Of a stretch of DNA of 64,000 bases, positions 60,425 to 64,000 are shown piece after piece. Both the position numbers and the translations under genes were made by a program. The stretch is taken from contig NC_068981.1 in assembly GCF_001194135.2 (NCBI RefSeq), positions 19,920,350 to 19,984,349 on the forward strand, in the 5' to 3' direction. This DNA is from Octopus bimaculoides. Taxonomy: Eukaryota. The notes beneath the pieces were generated by a model that was not told the origin of the DNA, made no database searches, and worked only from the letters and a program-made list of their open reading frames with translations. Position 1 is the stretch's first letter, and each line of letters begins with the position of its first letter.

Positions 60425-60700
60425 TTCAGGCATGTCTGTGTAGCTAAGAAGTTCATATTGTAACCATATGGTTTCAGATTTAATCCCATTGCACAGTACC
60501 TTGGGCAACTGTCTTCTACCATAACTTAAGATAAGCGATACTGTATGGAAAAGTTGATGTAAAATGATGACGATGATGATGTTATATATCTTACTTGAAA
60601 AACAGGTATGGGTAAGCGACAGGAAGAGCATCCATCCATATAATCCTGCCTCAGAAAACTCTCTGTCAAAACCCATGCAAGCATAGAAATAAAGACATCA
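60425..60700 (+). mobile_element. Family B head fused to a (GAT)n family A/E tail (60425-60590), followed by a family E copy (60588-60700)
   Basis: ACCTTGGGCAACTGTCTTCTACC then ATGGAAAAGTTGATGTAAAATGATGACGATG; then AAACAGGTATGGGTAAGCGACAGGAAGAGCATCC...CCCATGCAAGCATAG. Confidence 0.6.
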
Positions 60701-63700
60701 AACAGGTCACTTGTCATATTTATTCTGCCTGGGTTGCATAGACACTCCCTGTCACCATTATAAATGAAGTGAAGCAATAATTGGCTTGTTGCAAACCTAT
60801 AACCAACGCTGTTATTGTTCACAAAATATAATATAAAATAGATTTAAAACAACAGCCTTATCTGTGTCGTGCACTATGTTGTTACTTGAAAAAGCAATTC
60901 TCCATATAATTTAAATGTCCATTCTCTGATCAAGGATTTACTACTTTTTCTTTGTAGTTTTATAATTATGTTCTGTTGCTTAAAACATACACATTGAGTT
61001 ATTCCTTGGAGTTTACCTACATTACTTTGTAAATACATCACAACATTAATATGGCTTCTCAGACTTTTGTCTCAAATCAATGAAGTTAGATAGCGAGGTT
61101 TTATTGTTGTAAGAATTACTTAAAATATAGTCTAGCACGAGGTTGAGTAATTTAGTTGAGGAAAGATGCTATTCTCCAGTATACATTGATTCAAGTGTAC
61201 TGGACTGAAGATTCATGGTGTTTTTCTTATTTCTGGTTTAGCCAGATGTGAAAAGTCAGTGTCTATGACTTTTGCAGGTCCTCTGAGATTGGTGGGAGAA
61301 AACAAGAAATCACAACTTATAGCTGCATACCAACAAACTTCCTCTCAGTTTCCTTCAACTCAGTTTCATTTACAAGGCTTAGGCTGACCTAAGATTAGCA
61401 AAAGAAGCTTTTGGTTATGGTGCCATGCAATGGGATTGATCTTAGAATCAGTTAATTGTGATGTAAACTTCTTAACTGCACAACCATGCTTGCTTCCATT
61501 TGCAAAACTTACATTATTATTATTGATTAATTCGTATTATTGTCTAGCTTTATGATAAAATACAAATTGGAGGGAATGACACTTGTAATTATGATTCAAG
61601 TAACACATTTAAATGTTTGAATTTAGAATCCATCAAATTCGTGTCTACTTGCAATAAATAGTTGATAAATGTCTTTAATTTAAGGTAACAGCTTAAACTG
61701 TAAACAATATTTCTCCTTAAATTCTCTTTAACACCAAACGTTGGTATTTTATTTAATATGTTAAGTATGACAGAGAAAGATTATTAAATTAAACATAACA
61801 CAAATCACTTTTAAACCTGTTTGCTCCTGTGTCACCAATTCTATATCTCTCTACACACAGCTACCAGCTGTAATAAATTCCTTGGGCTCCCAACAGCTGT
61901 AAGGTTAATGAACCTAATAGTGTTCTTAGTTATTACGCTGAATTGTAATTTTTAGGTCAACTCCTATTTTCACTAACCTCAAATGTTGTTCTTGTATATC
62001 TCCCACCCCACTACATACCACCCATATTTAACCATAAGATTACAACAGAAGATTTACTGAAGTTGGAATCTTTGTTGTAAAAGGGGTTATGAAACAAAAG
62101 TAGCGATACATATTCTTCAGCTTATCAAAATAATTGTTTTACTTCCTACATATGTCTCTTGTTCACTATATGACATTAATAATCTTATGCTTACTTAATT
62201 ATTAAATTATTAAAAGGTCTATTAAATAGCAGCTAATTATATTTGGGAAAATTAATTGTATTTGTGAAAATTAATTTTATATACTGGTTAGGGTTTGGAG
62301 GTCTCCATAATCAACATGTTCAGTAATTTTAAGCGATAAAACATTAAATAATTAAATAATACAAATAATCACTGCTGTAATATAATATTAGATCCTGCTG
62401 TGAAAGATTCAAAGAAGAAACATATTTGGGAAGCAGTTAACCAAATATAGTTGACTTTTGTTTGGAGACAATTAAAATTTGAAAGTAGATCTAACAGAAG
62501 GACTGCAAAATATTTCTGTCTTGCTTAATGTCCCCCTCCCCACCACCACCACCAACCTACTTACTGTAGATATAATAGGCATTCTTACTGGAAGCTGGAA
62601 TGGGCGATAAAGAAAAAAGAAGGCATCTGAAATAAGCCAGAAGTTACTACTATTGGATAACTCATTTCATTTCCAGTGTAGCTTCATTCAATTTAAAGAC
62701 AAAGTTAGAGCAGCCAACATTTTTGTTTCCTTCCCAAAGTTTTTGCCATTCCAGTCACACATGAATAAATTTTTCTTCTGTTTCATTGTATGACTTTAAA
62801 TAGTGAAACATGGTCTGAGAGGTTTTAGAATTAAAACTGAGTATAGTTTTTGGTAGATAATTTTATTAATTGTTGAGCTCCTTTTCTATTCAGGAATGAA
62901 ATGTTTTCTGAATCTGAAGAGGAAGTCTAGCTTTTTAAGTCAGTATCAGAGATCATTCAAAGATTTTTAAGCTGAGTATCTGTAACATTTATACAGTTTT
63001 AGTTATGTATCATAAGTAATCTAAATCTTGTAAGTGTATTTTTGTGCTGTTGAATGGAAGTAGTTTTTTTCATATCTTGTTGAAGGATGTTTTCAATATT
63101 TGATTCAAGGAAGTGGTAAAAGTCTAGCATGTGCATGATATCTGTGATGAAAGGTTGTCAAAGAGTGAGAGGTGGTATAATCTGAATAAGAGTGTGTTTA
63201 ATTAGAAGTAATGATCAAGATCGTTAACATTCAGAAGGGAGAATGTTTGAGACATAGTTAAAGAGAGCGCAGTTAAACTATTAGTAAACATACAAAAGTT
63301 AAATTGAACTTCCACTATTTGCATTCAGTTATAGTAATAAAGCATCAATATCTCATGGTAAAATAAATGTTTCTAATCTAGGTTTTCTGAAAAATAATAA
63401 AACAGGAAAATTTTCTTTTGGATTGTCTACATAAATACCTCTAGTTCTGTGATTCAAAGAATTGAAAGTCTGACTGAGCCAGAAGGAAATCATAGAGTGC
63501 AATTCTTATACACAGTAAGAACTGTATTGTAAATATATTCGCACAAACCCACACACATCAACATTGATATATACATTCATACATGTATGTTGAACAAATG
63601 TTTCAATAGAGATTTTTAGATTAAACTACAAAAAAGAAATAGATGTTTTTGTTTGATGCTTGGTGACAAAGTATAAAAGAAGCATGCACTACATACAGCC

Positions 63701-64000
63701 TGCCATGGCTTGCTGTGCAACATGCAATGAATTTGAAAATAGTAATTATTTACAAAACAAATTAATGCTTAAACCATGAAGTGTACTGAAGGAAGGGAAG
63801 AAAATTCTATATATACGTTGAAGAATTGAAAAATCATCATAAAATTTTTCTCTCCATTCTATTCAGAATTTATTACTAACAATTAGAATTATCTTAAATG
63901 TTGGCGATGGGATGTATCTGAATGTGTGTTGTTGACTGTGAACCTTTTGTATATTATGTTCTTGTAGTTTCAGAGTTATCCTTCATTGAAATTCTTGGAC

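Noticed and set aside
62390-62450. DPAVKDSKKKHIWEAV as a MADF/Myb-like fragment
   Set aside because: Too short, followed by a stop, no supporting context

Overview
AT-rich, microsatellite-dense eukaryotic DNA with three assembly gaps (776-1374, 47050-47999, 50529-51008). The SINE families (tRNA-headed, CORE-like box ACCTTGGGCAAGTGTCTTCTAC) point to a cephalopod, most likely Octopus; this is recognition from memory, not a database result. I could not support any host protein-coding exon, RNA gene or CRISPR array: the supplied ORFs are microsatellite or N artefacts, pieces of decayed transposon proteins, or unrecognisable short frames. The window is a TE graveyard with several RTE-clade LINEs, restriction-like-endonuclease (REL) LINEs (R4/Dong-like, Hero-like), a CR1-clade LINE, a Penelope-like GIY-YIG remnant, a Helitron N-terminal remnant, two mariner remnants, piggyBac-like MITEs, a foldback-like element and about 30 tRNA-SINE copies. 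It probably lies in a long intron of a + strand transcript (about 3:1 minus-strand SINE bias, + strand splice signals), which is inference. The most interesting leads are: (1) two different R4-like LINEs each ending in the (TAA)n tail of the same SINE family; (2) a textbook recursive-splice-like site, branch point-polypyrimidine-CAG|GTAAGT, at 35400/35401; (3) an 862-bp foldback element with repeat-built arms; (4) a shared LINE/SINE 3' hairpin with a variable loop; (5) a 51-nt in-frame exon candidate at 46337; (6) a degenerate tandem hammerhead-like motif at 55372. Family names are from hand translation and motif recall, and boundaries of decayed elements are approximate.
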